A DNA stretch of 61,340 nucleotides, counting the filler, from Dirinaria sp. TL-2023a (lineage: Eukaryota): NCBI GenBank assembly GCA_051941275.1. It is 4 parts of 4 records of this genome, joined end to end, with 100 filler letters (N's around TTAATTAATTAA, not from the genome) between each part and the next. Parts side by side here need not be neighbours in the genome. Positions count along the whole stretch, not along the records: positions 30,793 to 46,044 come from JAVEBF010000557.1; 3 more parts are not named here. One strand, written 5' to 3'. The notes under the pieces are model-generated. The model was not told the DNA's origin, did not search any database, and saw only the letters and a list, made by a program, of their open reading frames with translations. Each line of letters begins with the position of its first letter. The stretch's first letter is position 1. The translations under genes were made by a program, and so were the position numbers. Shown piece after piece: positions 31,461 through 43,380 of the stretch.

Positions 31461-34400
31461 TCATGATCTCTGATTGAAGAACCAGCTGCTTCGCTTGTTT
31501 CCTCCGCTGTTGGCCTCCTGCGCTTGCAGTCCGTTCAAGATGGGAAGGCTTGGTCCGCCGCCGCCGTTCATCGTCTCGCCGCCGCCGCCACCACCACCAC
31601 CTCTGAGAGGTTTTGCTATGCGTGAGCCGGCGCCGCCGAAGCTGAAACCGGTGGATGCTGTTGATGAGCCGGAGAAGCCGCGAGCAGAGCCGGCTTTTGC
31701 GGCTTCCAGACGGTCTCTGACGGCTGAGATTTGAGCTTCGAATCTGTATTTCAAGGTCAGTGCATCATCCAAGGCTGTTCTACAGTTCAGCTACTTGCCT
31801 GTGATTGGTGGCAGTCAACTTCTCTTGACTGTCCTGCAGAAGCGCCTCCAGACTGATGATCCGCTCGTTTCTTGCCAATAGCTTCCTTTCCGCAATTGCG
31901 ACTTCCTTTTTCAAGCCTCCATTCTGCTCAACAAGTTGTCTCTGCACATGCGTGAGCTGCTCCAGGTTGCGTTCCAGGAAAGCCATCTTCTTCTGCTGAG
32001 CACGGTTGTTGGAAGTACGGAGGACGTTGTTGTACTGTTCGCGGGTCTCATCCAATGATATCTCAAGCTCGACTACCCGCTCGCACCGGTTTTGCAGATC
32101 GCGCATCAGCGACTTCTTCATCACGTCGAAGTCGGCGATTTGCTGTTGGACTAGCTTGCCGTTCGGAATCGCGGGACCGACTCCATTAGTCGTTGAGCTT
32201 CGAGGCTGCCGTTGCAAGTTCTCAAGATCGGTTTTCATCCGCTGAGTGTCTTCGTCCTTTCGGGCCATTTCCTCTCGCAATTCTTCCACCAGGCCGATCT
32301 GCGCGTCCCGTTTGTTCGCGTAAGCGTCCGCAAGACGGGCCTTGATCTCTTCGACGTCTTCATCCGAAAGGTTGCGCTCAAGCAATTCTTCGTAATCTCG
32401 TTCCACGATCGCTAACCGGTCCTCGAGCTCATCTGTCCTTCGCATCCCGCCGTCTCCAGACTCTGACACATATCGGCTGAGATCGGCTTGCCGAACAACA
32501 CCTTGTGCCTCAACCATACGAGCCTTGAGTTCTTCCAAGTGGTCAGGGGCAACCATTTCGCCGGCAGCGCTAGTATCGTAAAGATTGCTGACCGTATTAA
32601 TGCAGTCTCGGATCTTGGCCTCGTTCTCGGAAAAGACTTCGTCACCCATATCGAAGCCCGCCATCATCTGCGCCATCCTCTCGGCCTTCTTTCTCTCCTT
32701 CTCGTCAAGTGCGGCACTTGTCTCCTTGGCGCTCATGCGAAAGTCTAGAAGCTGTTGCTTCACTTCGTCAAGCTCCGTTGTGAGCTCGGAATTAGCTTCT
32801 TTAAGGCCGTCCATAGTGATCGCAGCCTCTTTGCTTTCGAATGACACCCGCTCAAGCTGCATTCTCAGTTCATTGATCTCCGCGTTCAGCCGATCGTTAT
32901 CCTTGCCATTCCGGCTACTGTTCTCCTTAAGATATCGAAGCTCTTCCCTTGCCTCCTGCAATGCTTTCTCCGCAGCGGCAGCCTGGGTCTCCTTCTCTGT
33001 AATTTGATCTTGTAGCTCATTCTCTCTGCGCAGAAACTCTTCGCGCTCGTCCTTTTCCAGTATCAAACTAGGCGTGCTAGACCTATCACCTACCCTTGAT
33101 TCAGAGCGGCTTGGCGTTTCCGATCTTGCAAGGTCTGATGGCAATCGCGAAGGCGTCCCTGGTCTCTGCGCTCTTGATTCTGCTTTAACTCCAGTCACGG
33201 CACCAGAAGCTAAAGGCTGGGCCCAGGAATCCTTTGGTACGGTCTCGCCGTTCCGCCATGACTGCACTTCTCCTTCCAGACTTGAGATATAAGATTCATA
33301 CGTTGTGACTTGCGTCTGAGCCTTCTTTAGTAGCTGCTTCAGCTCTACCGGGCTAAGTTCAGTGTTGATCTTAGCTTTGTTCTTGATCGCCTTCGCCCTC
33401 ACGCCGAACCTCAAGGTACTTATTGTCTCAACATCATTGAAGCTACTTGGCGAACAATTGATGATCAGTGTAGTTCTTGAGTTGCCGCCTAATGATTCTT
33501 GCAGGATGCGTGTGAGCTTCGAATCTCGGTATGGGATATGGGTTGATTTGCCGTCTGTAAGGGAATTGATGACCATGCCCAACGCGCTCAAGCTTTTATT
33601 GATCTTCTTTGCTTCTTCCAGAGTCTGCCCGCTTGCGCCTGTCTTGCCAACCTTTTCACTACCAGCAAGATCCACAAGGAACAGTTGCCCGCTTTTCGCT
33701 GATCCTGTCTCGACGTTTTTCTGGGTAATGGTGATGACGAAGATCGAGTGTGAACGAGAAGACTCCTGATTCATGTTCGTTGCAGCCGTGGCCCTGGCGG
33801 CGCCTCCTCTTCGCATGACCTCGTAGACTTCTTGTACACTGGATACATATATTTCTAGTAGACCTTTGACATATACACCCCGGCTCTTCTCCTCGTGCAC
33901 AGGTAGATTGTCGTTGTGGGGTACCAGCAGGTCTCGAATTCTTTCCATGTAAATCTCCATGTAGCTGACCCGTACGGTGTACTCGATGTTACCTGGGCTT
34001 CGTAAAATGCTGTCAAACATCCGCTCGACTATGCGTGGTATTATTCCCCTTTGCTCCAAATCGTCGATGTCTGCTCCCATCATGGTGTAGGATTTCCCGG
34101 CCCCCGTTTGGCCATAGGCGAAGACTGTGCCGTTGTATCCGTTGAGTATATCGTCTACTGTGGATCGTATGGAAAAATCGAAGACGTCGATCTGCCGCGA
34201 GTGGGTATCGAAGACTCGGTCAAAGGTGAACGCGCCGGCAGCTTCATTAGACTGTCGCCGATGTCAGCAGGACCACTTGTTTGGGTGGAGGGGTTTTCCA
34301 AAGGCGGTGCAAGGGTTTGCGTACACTGATGCGACAAGTATCATCAGTCTCAAAGTCTACAATCGATTCCCCCCCTGCTGCTATCTCGGTCTTGTTGGGT

Positions 34401-34565
34401 GGACGAAATCGTGCAACGACTGGGCAGAAATATTAGTTTGTCGAATTAGACAGATTGTTTGTTCGGTTCCACGAACCTTTGATCGTATTGCTCGAAGCCG
34501 TATTATTCCTGTTACGAAGAATTAGCTCCGTGAAGGTCTTCGCATCGAGCCCTGACATACGCCAT
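31461..34565 (-). CDS. kinA: Conventional kinesin heavy chain (kinesin-1, KinA/Nkin type), multi-exon
   Basis: IKVVARFRP, P-loop GQTGAGKS, SSRSH, LVDLAGSE, HIPYRDSKLTRILQESLGGN; fungal tail SLMRDLQNRCERVVELE, RIAKPLRGG, KRSSWFF. First exon is ATGGC (34561-34565); the last intron 31744-31798 is GC-AG. Confidence 0.97.
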
Positions 34566-35235
34566 GATGAGAAAAATCGGGCTTGAAGCCCAGGTTATCT
34601 CAAATGAAGTTGCACCTCAATCGCTAGTCCGTTTCCACAATTTGCAGCGATTTGACTACATAAGGAAGTGCGGTGTTTGACTTTGATAGTGATCGGGATG
34701 AATCGCTACAGTGACGCGCTGATGTTGACAAAAGACTAATCAACACCAGATCCTTCAATCACATGTTAAGTCGAACGACATGTTTGAACCATAGTGATAA
34801 ATCACGACAGAACATGTGCGATCAAGAATACTACGAATTGGGTTTTACAGATCTTTCCACACATCCATCTTTGGATATGAAGATTTTCATGTCTCCATGG
34901 ACACCATACATACAGAGCCGTTGCTTGCAGCATGGCCAGATCCGGCGCGGTATGCAAGGGTCCCTCGGCTCGCTCGGCTTCTGCAGCTCTCGGCAGCCTC
35001 CCAGCATGCCAAGCCACTATGGCAGACGGCACTTGCGGATAGGACAAAAGCTTTTGGAGACTTATTCATCCGAGTCACCTTTTATAAGGCATTGCTTCTT
35101 TGCACTTGTCAATGTTTGGCGGACAGGGGCCATATATGTTGAGATGTCATTTTCTTGTAATCTCTAGACCATGCTTGCAGCCACTCGTCGCTTGGAAATC
35201 AGCCTCCCGCCACATCACCGCTCCTCCTAGGTCAG

Positions 35236-37036
35236 CTAGGCCAGAGCGCCCATTGGGTCCCAGGGATCAAGACTATGATTTCACATTAGCATGATATTCC
35301 CGAAGAGGATCGGAGCATGCGCTGCCACATACATCCTTGGCTCTTTCTTGAGCACGTCCCGGACATCGCTTGACACAAACCTTGCAGCAAGTCAGTGGGA
35401 ACAGGATTCCTCATTCGGGAACGCCAACCGTACCTGGGATCAATAACAGCTTGATAGACAAATTGGTCCATCCATGCATCGCTCATGACAAACCAGCCCT
35501 TGGTGCCTGCTGTATCACCCCACGAGTTCTGGACTCGCCACCTCACCGGTTTGTCATCGACAACATGAACACCTGTAAGTACCATTGCGTGTGTCATCTG
35601 ACTCTCACCCGTCATCAGCCGTTGGGCTTTCGAAAGGCCGAAGCGGATGTTGAACCCCAATTCGTAGTCAATGGCATCAATATCCATGATCCCCGCAGAG
35701 GACTGCAGGAACTTCCCCACGTCACTGCCAAAGAAAACCGGTAAATCCTCCTTGAGCATGCCAATGCATGCTTTCTTGATCGTCGACATATCGACATTGA
35801 CATAGCGCGTCCCACGCATTCCGATGATGTTGCCGAGTCTGCTGACTCTGAGTTGATCCCCATACGGGTTCCTAGGGTCATTTACCAGACTGAATAACTC
35901 GTGAATATCCGAACCAGCATTCGCATGCACGGTAGCCTTGCTGGATAGTTCTGCAGCAAATTTCAATGGTGTAGTCTTGAGGCTGCCGAATTTTTCGTCC
36001 TTGTCGTAATATTCCCACGTTATCTCTCCGTTAGGATTTGGAGGTGGTCCAAGCATCAAGGTCAAGATCAGGTGGATCTCCCTCATCATTTTATCTTTCG
36101 CGCCTCCAACAGATGATTTCACGTCCCCAGATTCGCCTGCTAGCTTTCGCAGCTCAAGCGCATTTTCGCGGAGCTTTGTTGTAATCAGTGAGCTCATGGC
36201 ACTGGAGTTCATAGCGTTAAAGGAGTCTGGATAAAGGTGATGAGGAACCTGCGAGCCACCATCAGTCAATATTGGAGCAGTAGCAAAGTGACAATTGGGA
36301 GATGTACCAATCCGTATTTCTCCACCAGATTCGCGACCATATCCCATTGACCGCCATCGCCGACAGGAGAAGACAGCAGTTGCTGTACAAGCCTCCCATC
36401 CAGCGGCTCCTCAACCGTGTCTAGGATTTGCTCCAAAAAGTAGTTGGCTTTCTCGAGCTTATCCCAGAAGAACAAGTATGCCTGGCTCAACTCGAATTCC
36501 TTCAAATTATACTTCTTCATAATCGGGACACGGAAGACATTGGTGGCGGCGAAGAGCCAGCAGCGTCCCGAGGAGCGCTGGTTCGTGATCGGCGATCCTT
36601 CAAGGCTGATCTTGACATTGAAGTTCTGGGTATCGGAGATGTTGACGGAGCGTTGGGTAAGGATGTTCTGGATCTGGTTGGAAGACAGTGCAGCGAGGGC
36701 AAGCCGGTTCTGGTGTGCCCTTGTCAGCCAGCCAGCCAGCCATGCCGTGTAACAATTGTAAAGTCGCTAGGCTAGGTAGAGGTAAGGTAGCAAGATAGAT
36801 ACCTTCGGATCTTGCAGCAGCTCTTTCTCCCATTGCTCCGCGGCGGAGATGGAGACTGTCGGCGAGTACTTGCCGGCCGGGCGTTGTTTCGCATCACCGT
36901 TGACGTAGACATAATCTCTGTCGGATTCATGCGGGGTGGTCTCCTTGACTTCCAACGCTTGCAGCCTTTCCGCCAGCTGCTCCTGGTCCTGGACGGCAGG
37001 CCCGGCAGGCGGCGCCTTTGATATTCCAGCGCCCAT
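35236..37036 (-). CDS. LAP3: Bleomycin hydrolase / cysteine aminopeptidase (peptidase C1B), multi-exon
   Basis: Catalytic motifs NQRSSGRCWLFA (Cys), THAMVLTG (His) and WRVQNSWG (Asn); spliced C-terminus WDPMGALA. Confidence 0.95.
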
Positions 37037-37941
37037 GGTAGTATTCATTTGCTCTTAGACTCTTGTGCTAACCAACAGAGACGTCAGAAAATAGGAGCTG
37101 ATAGCGTTTTTGATAATCTGTATTGCGAGTTGTGTTTGGTAGACCTGGAAGTTGTCACAAGTCAAGGGTGATGATATCGATGCCTACCGTACACCACAGT
37201 GTATTGTATGCATGGGTACCTTACCTTACCTTACTTTATGGTGATGGTTGGCTTGCTGGGCTTTAGCGGGGGAGGAGGGGTCGAAGAGGCCGGCACGAGC
37301 TCCCGTCAGTAGTACATACCTTATGTAGTAGTAGCGGGGCGTAGGAAAGAGTGAACAGATGAGGTGATCACCCGCCTGCCGGAATAGGAATAAGCAACGA
37401 TCTGCATGATGCGGACCTTGAAAACTAGGTAGGTAAGGTACATGTATTGATGATCAAAACGATTTGCAGCTTATCAAAAAAACGGCTTGGCACTTCTCCT
37501 AGCGACATTGACATTATGGAGATTCTCTGGATCATCTCAGGTGCGACTTGATAGTTGATACCAAGGGATCATGAAGACATCATCTGGATAAATAGTCGAG
37601 CGTCGTGCTTGAAGTTCTAGCTGTGGCTTAGCTTATATGCGAGCTACTATACATATACCAGTAAATATCTACTGAGAAGTGAAGTTGAAAAAATGCCATC
37701 TCTCTCGTGAAGGAGATGTAGTACCCTGGCGGTATCCTCCGTCTGCCCAGGAATAGAATGAAGCAGTAAATGGGCCCGTGCTCTTGATGCTAAAATAATT
37801 CAGTGCCAAACACTGTTAAAAGATCATTCCTGAGCTCGTAGTTTTGGCAATACTATGTTTTCAAGACAGTACCGGAATGTTTTCCAGAGATGGCTATGTG
37901 TATATCGATGCTAACAGGCCATGCCATGTTCAGCGGACAGT

Positions 37942-39300
37942 TTATCGTGACAGCGGAGACTTGGGGAGAACGGGAAGACGTTTGTCGGTTGGGTTCCTGA
38001 CTCTCCGCCTGTATTTCGATTTGGGACGCGGCACAGGAGGCATGGACAAGGCTTGAGGCACAACGCTCGGCGCGATGGAGATCGACCTTGCATTGCCGAA
38101 CGTCCAATGCGACGATATCTCGGACGAGGCGAACGTGATATCCGACCGGTTGGACAGAACAGATGGACCTCGGTGAATGTCTCTGGTGGTTTTGGTGCTG
38201 CTTGAGGAATGGATGAATGACGAGTCTCGGACATTGGGGACGCTGGTGTCAATGCTTGGAGGTCGTGTCTTCCTACGCGGAGGTGACGCCGTTGGGGTTT
38301 GCCAGTAGCCTACACTCTGGTCTGCTTTTGCCATCTGTGGCTGTGTTTTTTGGGGCCGTATAGCGAGTGGAGGTACGACCAGCGGCGAAATCGGCTCGGA
38401 AACAATTGAGGAGGACGGGGAGTTCGAGAAGAAAGAGACTGGGTGATGGTAGTCATGCTCCTCGATAGACCTGCGAAAGCTATCACGATCGCCAACAAAC
38501 TTAGGAGGCGGGATCTCGATGGACTCAGGCAGACTTGTTTTGCGCACGCCTTCACTATGCCGTCGATGATCGGGGGACTCGAATGTTACTGTCTTTGGCG
38601 CAAGGTTTCTTGGTCGTCCCGTACTGTTTGATCGCCATGGTAGCGATCGAGGAGGCGATGCCTCACCATCTTCACGGTTTTTGGGCGGTTTCTGAGACAG
38701 CTTTCGCACAATGATCGGCCTTGACAAGGGGCTTGCCGGCAATTCCACAGGTTCTGTACCAGGGATCGCTGGCCCTTTGTATGCCTTCAACAAAGACTCT
38801 GTAATGGAAGCCTGTCTCTTCTTGTTGGTGCCTTGGAACTCGGGAGCGCGCAGAGACCCATTTGGCGATTGAAGACGCGACTCTCCCAAAGTTCGAAATA
38901 CCTTCTCGCTCAGCCTTCTCCGTTCCTTCTGATAATGTTGAGCTTCAAGATCTGTCGAAACAGCCGATATATGTTGGCCGGCGAGCCATAGCGGTGCAGG
39001 GTATTGCAACTCCTTCATATGCGAAGAATCTGTGGATCCCCCTGATCTCAATGTACTCAGGTCCTGCGAATTGAATTCGCCGCTGTCTCGATTACGAAAC
39101 GCGTCAGACAGCCGTACAACCCGTCCATTGCGGACCGTCATATGTCTTGTAGGTTGCCGAGCGCTTTCGGTGCTGCTGCGTTTTTGCTTTGTCTTGCGCC
39201 GTGTTCTCGACCTCGAATATTGGAAAGCGAGGATGATGAGCATCAAGGCAACGAAGAAAGCCAGTAGCGACAAAACGACTATTATGGGCAGGAACTCCAT
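37942..39300 (-). CDS. Hypothetical protein with a single N-terminal TM helix and a Ser/Pro/Arg-rich disordered tail
   Basis: 452-codon ORF from ATG 39300; TM PIIVVLSLLAFFVALMLIILAFQY followed by basic RSRTRRKTKQK. Confidence 0.75.
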   Translation of the reverse strand: MEFLPIIVVLSLLAFFVALMLIILAFQYSRSRTRRKTKQKRSSTESARQPTRHMTVRNGRVVRLSDAFRNRDSGEFNSQDLSTLRSGGSTDSSHMKELQYPAPLWLAGQHISAVSTDLEAQHYQKERRRLSEKVFRTLGESRLQSPNGSLRAPEFQGTNKKRQASITESLLKAYKGPAIPGTEPVELPASPLSRPIIVRKLSQKPPKNREDGEASPPRSLPWRSNSTGRPRNLAPKTVTFESPDHRRHSEGVRKTSLPESIEIPPPKFVGDRDSFRRSIEEHDYHHPVSFFSNSPSSSIVSEPISPLVVPPLAIRPQKTQPQMAKADQSVGYWQTPTASPPRRKTRPPSIDTSVPNVRDSSFIHSSSSTKTTRDIHRGPSVLSNRSDITFASSEISSHWTFGNARSISIAPSVVPQALSMPPVPRPKSKYRRRVRNPTDKRLPVLPKSPLSR

Positions 39301-41316
39301 TGCCGTTTCAACGACACGTGAATCCACGAACACAGGCTAAACCAGCATACGCACAAGCCCAAACTAGCATATCTTTGACAGAGCCAGCAAGGCAGAATTT
39401 AGACCGTTGAGGATCGTAATCAATTGCGATGTCGAGCTTGTGAAGCAGGTCGTGAGAGCCGAGGCTCTTCCTAGATACTCATCATTCACCTTTGAATGGT
39501 CTCGGTAGCTGCAGTGATACTCAGAAATATGGCTAGCGATAGCTTTCAATTGCAATATTGTGCAGCTTCATGTACAAAAGGTGGTTGAACTGCGTGGCAA
39601 AAAGAGCGGTGGATAGTGTATCGAAGCACTACTAATGAATGACTAGGATCGAAAAGAGCATAGAACAATCAGGAAAGATCGCCGCTGATCAAAAGAGAAT
39701 GAGGGATATACAACTCAAATGTATTCAATGCTCATAGGACCCTCGCTTCGAGCATGTCGGCAGCCGGCAGCGGATACTGGCATGCATATGTGGAGAACCC
39801 GGATCCATAAAGCAATATGAGATGGCCATCAGTCAGAGTCTGAACCATGCTACAGCCTCTGGATGATCGCATACTGCACGATCCTTCCGAGGACATAATC
39901 GCACAATAGGTAGCATTCTCGCAAGTAGCTAGTCGCAATTCGGTCTTAGACTGATAATCCTGTTCGTCGCTTCTTGAGTTCTGCAGCAATAGACACCTTT
40001 TTTTGCGTGGCTAGCCATCCTTCACCAGTCCCTGCATCTACTACAACTTAGCAGAGTAAATAACAGTGAAAAATGAATTTGACTTTCAAGCGCTATTGGA
40101 GCAAATACGCGATGTATATCGCCGTGGGTCCATCCCACGCGACATTCTTCATGATGTGAGCTCTATTACTTCTATACGCGAAGACAGTGCCACGCCGGCA
40201 AAGGTCGTAAAAGGTGGGAGTAATCGTCGGTCGCGACGAGCAGTCCAAACGTTTTTGCCACCAATGTTCTCTCTGTTCGTGGCGGATGTCGCATTCGCAT
40301 AAGGGCAACAGTAAAAAATTCATGAGAAAAGTGGTGGGGCATAGAAGTGACTAGGAACGTATGGCACTAAAAAAGGCCTTCTTCCGATATGAGCGCTTGC
40401 GCAAAGGGAAGGCTGACTGATCCGCCAGCTCAGCATGACTTGCATTATCTTGCCGCAGTAGAAGCATGAATGACGAAAGATCAGTGATCGGCCTTAAGCC
40501 TGCGAGATGACCGTTAGCTAGGTCACTTGGGACATGGATTCCGGAAGAGCAAACCGACGCCGTTCAACGGTGACCGTTACTGCTCGATTCACCGATTTTC
40601 GTCCGTTGTCTCTTTGAATTCCAAATTTAACCTCAAACAATCCGAGATGACTGAGTTGCCGCAAGCGAAGCTAGGATGTTAGAGGCACCTACTCTACTAG
40701 ATGATAAAGCTTTGACCTTTTATAAGCCGGATGCTCTTACCTCATCCGGTGCGCTTATGTCGTGGTCTCAGACGATCGTCGGCTACAACCCTGCAGGTCT
40801 GCTAATACCAGAATGAGGATCTTGTCCAAATTTTCCTCTTGATCCGCTTGATTGGGAATTGAGTTTCCTGAACAGGCTCTTGTACAGTAGTAGGATGGTA
40901 TCCGAACAATGGAGTAGGATACAATTCGGCTGGCCGTCCGTGTCATCAACACTCAATGCCTGCAAGGTCGTAATAGTCTTAAGTCAATTGAATTGCCGCT
41001 TCCTCCAATCCAAATAATTTTACGGTTGCAAGATGATTGCCAACTTGGGCGCACAGTACATTCATTTGGTCCTAACAAGTAGCGAAATTGTCCAAATTTC
41101 ATATGACATCTGGGCTGTCCTTATCCAATCATCTTAGGATGCCGGATCGACCAATAAGTGACTGACTTCTCCAGCATATCCACAAGAGCTTTGAAATTCT
41201 TCTCTCTTCACCCAGATTCTCTCGTCCATAGAAAAAGACACCTCCATTGTTCCATCAGGCAATTTTTAGGCTTTCTATAGTTCAATCACCCCCGAGCTCG
41301 AGTTCTTCGTCTCACT

Positions 41317-43380
41317 TCATTTTCGTTGGGATCTTAGCTGTCTTGGACTTAGGCTTTTCGATCTAACCCGGCCAGGACTGTTTTTTGGTCTCTTGTTTGA
41401 GGCGGAGCTTGAATCTTGGCAAAAGGACCGTTTTGGGTGCAAAAGCTGTTCCTGCGACAAGACGTTATTGATCTCTGCTCGGATCCACTCGGCGTTTATT
41501 CGAGCTTTTGCTGGATTTATGCGCTCAAAGAAGAGTAAGTCGCACCCGTTGGACCAGGGAGGTGGTACTTTGTCTTCTGACCGGTATGGCGGCACACCCC
41601 CAATGACGGAGCCATTGAGTCGCATGCCGTCGTAAATAATTAATTTCGACGGATCCCCAACGCTGCGATCCGACCAGTAGACTCGGAAGTGTCTATTGTG
41701 TTCATAAATACCGCCCAGCCATCGGTAATGAGCTGTTTGTAGACCGTTTTGATTGTGATATTCGACGGACACGCAGCTGGCCGTGGACCCAATGAGGTTC
41801 CTGTCCTTGGGAATGGGAGTCTCGCCACTTTTCACCGACGGTATTGTAGGCGTAGGTAAGACTAATCGATAAGGCAATTCACCCTGGATGATTCTAGTCC
41901 GGAATGTTTGCCCCTCACAGCCCCTTCCTCTGCAGCGCCGCCATGGCCTTGGACTAAAGTGCTTTTGGAAAAGGCTTGAGATAGCTTGGGGCTCTCCTTT
42001 CTTCCAGTCATCCATACTTGGAGCGTCGAATTCAAGCACATTGCTCTTTTGGGAATTTGCAGATGCTGTTTGTGGCGACACTCTTGAGCATTTCTCGCAC
42101 GTAGTTTGCTGGTAGCAAGAGTACTCGAATTGACGAAAGCCGTGTGCACATATCTGCCAGGAGTCGTTGGCAGCAAGCATAGATCCGGGTCTACAACCTC
42201 GCCCTAATTCAGTCCTGTGATCATAGTATTGCTTCAAAAAGTTATCTCGACATCTGATGTTTGCATTGATTCCGTAAATCTCCCAAGGCATTGCCACGAC
42301 GTCCCGGAAAGCCTTTTGGAATGAGGTAAAACCCTCTAGAGCTGAGTTCGACACGTCCGCGCTGGTCTGTCCCACATCCATCAGCCGAGCAGCAACTATA
42401 CAACAATCGACATGACACGAATTTCGTGACCATATAGGCCCTCGGCCACGGTAAGGTACAGGATGACCTGTTCTTGAACATCGATAGAAGTGAGGGTCAG
42501 TATTTTGGCCGCGGACGAATTCAACTTGAATTGCAGTGATGCTTGGATCAACTTTGTCATTGAATAAGGACTCAAACGCTTTTTGATCCACAATTGTTTT
42601 AGTTACCGGAGTACGTCTCGTTGGCAGCAGTCTGGAACAACGCTCCGCTATCTGTAGGTTAGCATCGGTTACATCTAGAATTACACGTTTCATTAAATAT
42701 CGTAGATTGTCTGCAGCAGAGATAGGTCTAGGATGGACAGCAGCATTGACTAGGGATACTTGGATGGGCGAGGAAGCATCCGACGGGATCGAGATTGCGC
42801 TCAATGGCTGTTTCGGTGGCATTGTAGCTTCGACATCCGGTCTTGATGTACGCGAAGTCTCATTTGCAGTTGTTAGACCGGAGGTCTCGTCCCCTTCAGG
42901 TAGTGGCGTATTGTTTCGGGAAGACGGAGCATTGACTAGATCTGAAGAAGACTGTGGTGTACCTTGCAGTTGCGGTGACCCTTGCGTGTTCTTAGGAGTC
43001 TGTGAAGGAGACTCCTCTAGATCTCCCGACTCTGAGGACTTCTCTACTGCATCTTTATGTGCTATTTCGCTAACCTGTTCTTCTCGTATATGTTCGTCAT
43101 TTTCTCTCAGTTGCCCAGTTGTCTGAGCTTCAGCATCCTGAACGGCTGCTCTTCGGAAGCATATCGCTGCGTAGGCTTCTTCATCTGTCAACTGGGGTCG
43201 GTAGTCGTCCAGGACTTGCATTGCTCGGAAGATCAAACTCTGCCTTCGCGTTCCGGTGGTCGGCTTAGATCCTCCATAGGTAGTTATGATCTTGTGCAGA
43301 CCGGCTATCGTTGCAGCGTGTTGATTCCAATACTGGATGTTGTGACCACGCCAGATGTCTCTTCGGGGAGCTGGCTCCAT
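41317..43380 (-). CDS. Orphan 687-aa protein, putative USP/PLpro-fold cysteine protease with a zinc ribbon
   Basis: Intronless ORF; GPIWSRNSCHVD (C322), CEKC...CRGRGC, GIYEHNRHFRVYW (H564), LIIYDGM (D584); basic C-terminus. The CDS call is firm; the function is inferred. Confidence 0.7.
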   Translation of the reverse strand: MEPAPRRDIWRGHNIQYWNQHAATIAGLHKIITTYGGSKPTTGTRRQSLIFRAMQVLDDYRPQLTDEEAYAAICFRRAAVQDAEAQTTGQLRENDEHIREEQVSEIAHKDAVEKSSESGDLEESPSQTPKNTQGSPQLQGTPQSSSDLVNAPSSRNNTPLPEGDETSGLTTANETSRTSRPDVEATMPPKQPLSAISIPSDASSPIQVSLVNAAVHPRPISAADNLRYLMKRVILDVTDANLQIAERCSRLLPTRRTPVTKTIVDQKAFESLFNDKVDPSITAIQVEFVRGQNTDPHFYRCSRTGHPVPYRGRGPIWSRNSCHVDCCIVAARLMDVGQTSADVSNSALEGFTSFQKAFRDVVAMPWEIYGINANIRCRDNFLKQYYDHRTELGRGCRPGSMLAANDSWQICAHGFRQFEYSCYQQTTCEKCSRVSPQTASANSQKSNVLEFDAPSMDDWKKGEPQAISSLFQKHFSPRPWRRCRGRGCEGQTFRTRIIQGELPYRLVLPTPTIPSVKSGETPIPKDRNLIGSTASCVSVEYHNQNGLQTAHYRWLGGIYEHNRHFRVYWSDRSVGDPSKLIIYDGMRLNGSVIGGVPPYRSEDKVPPPWSNGCDLLFFERINPAKARINAEWIRAEINNVLSQEQLLHPKRSFCQDSSSASNKRPKNSPGRVRSKSLSPRQLRSQRK

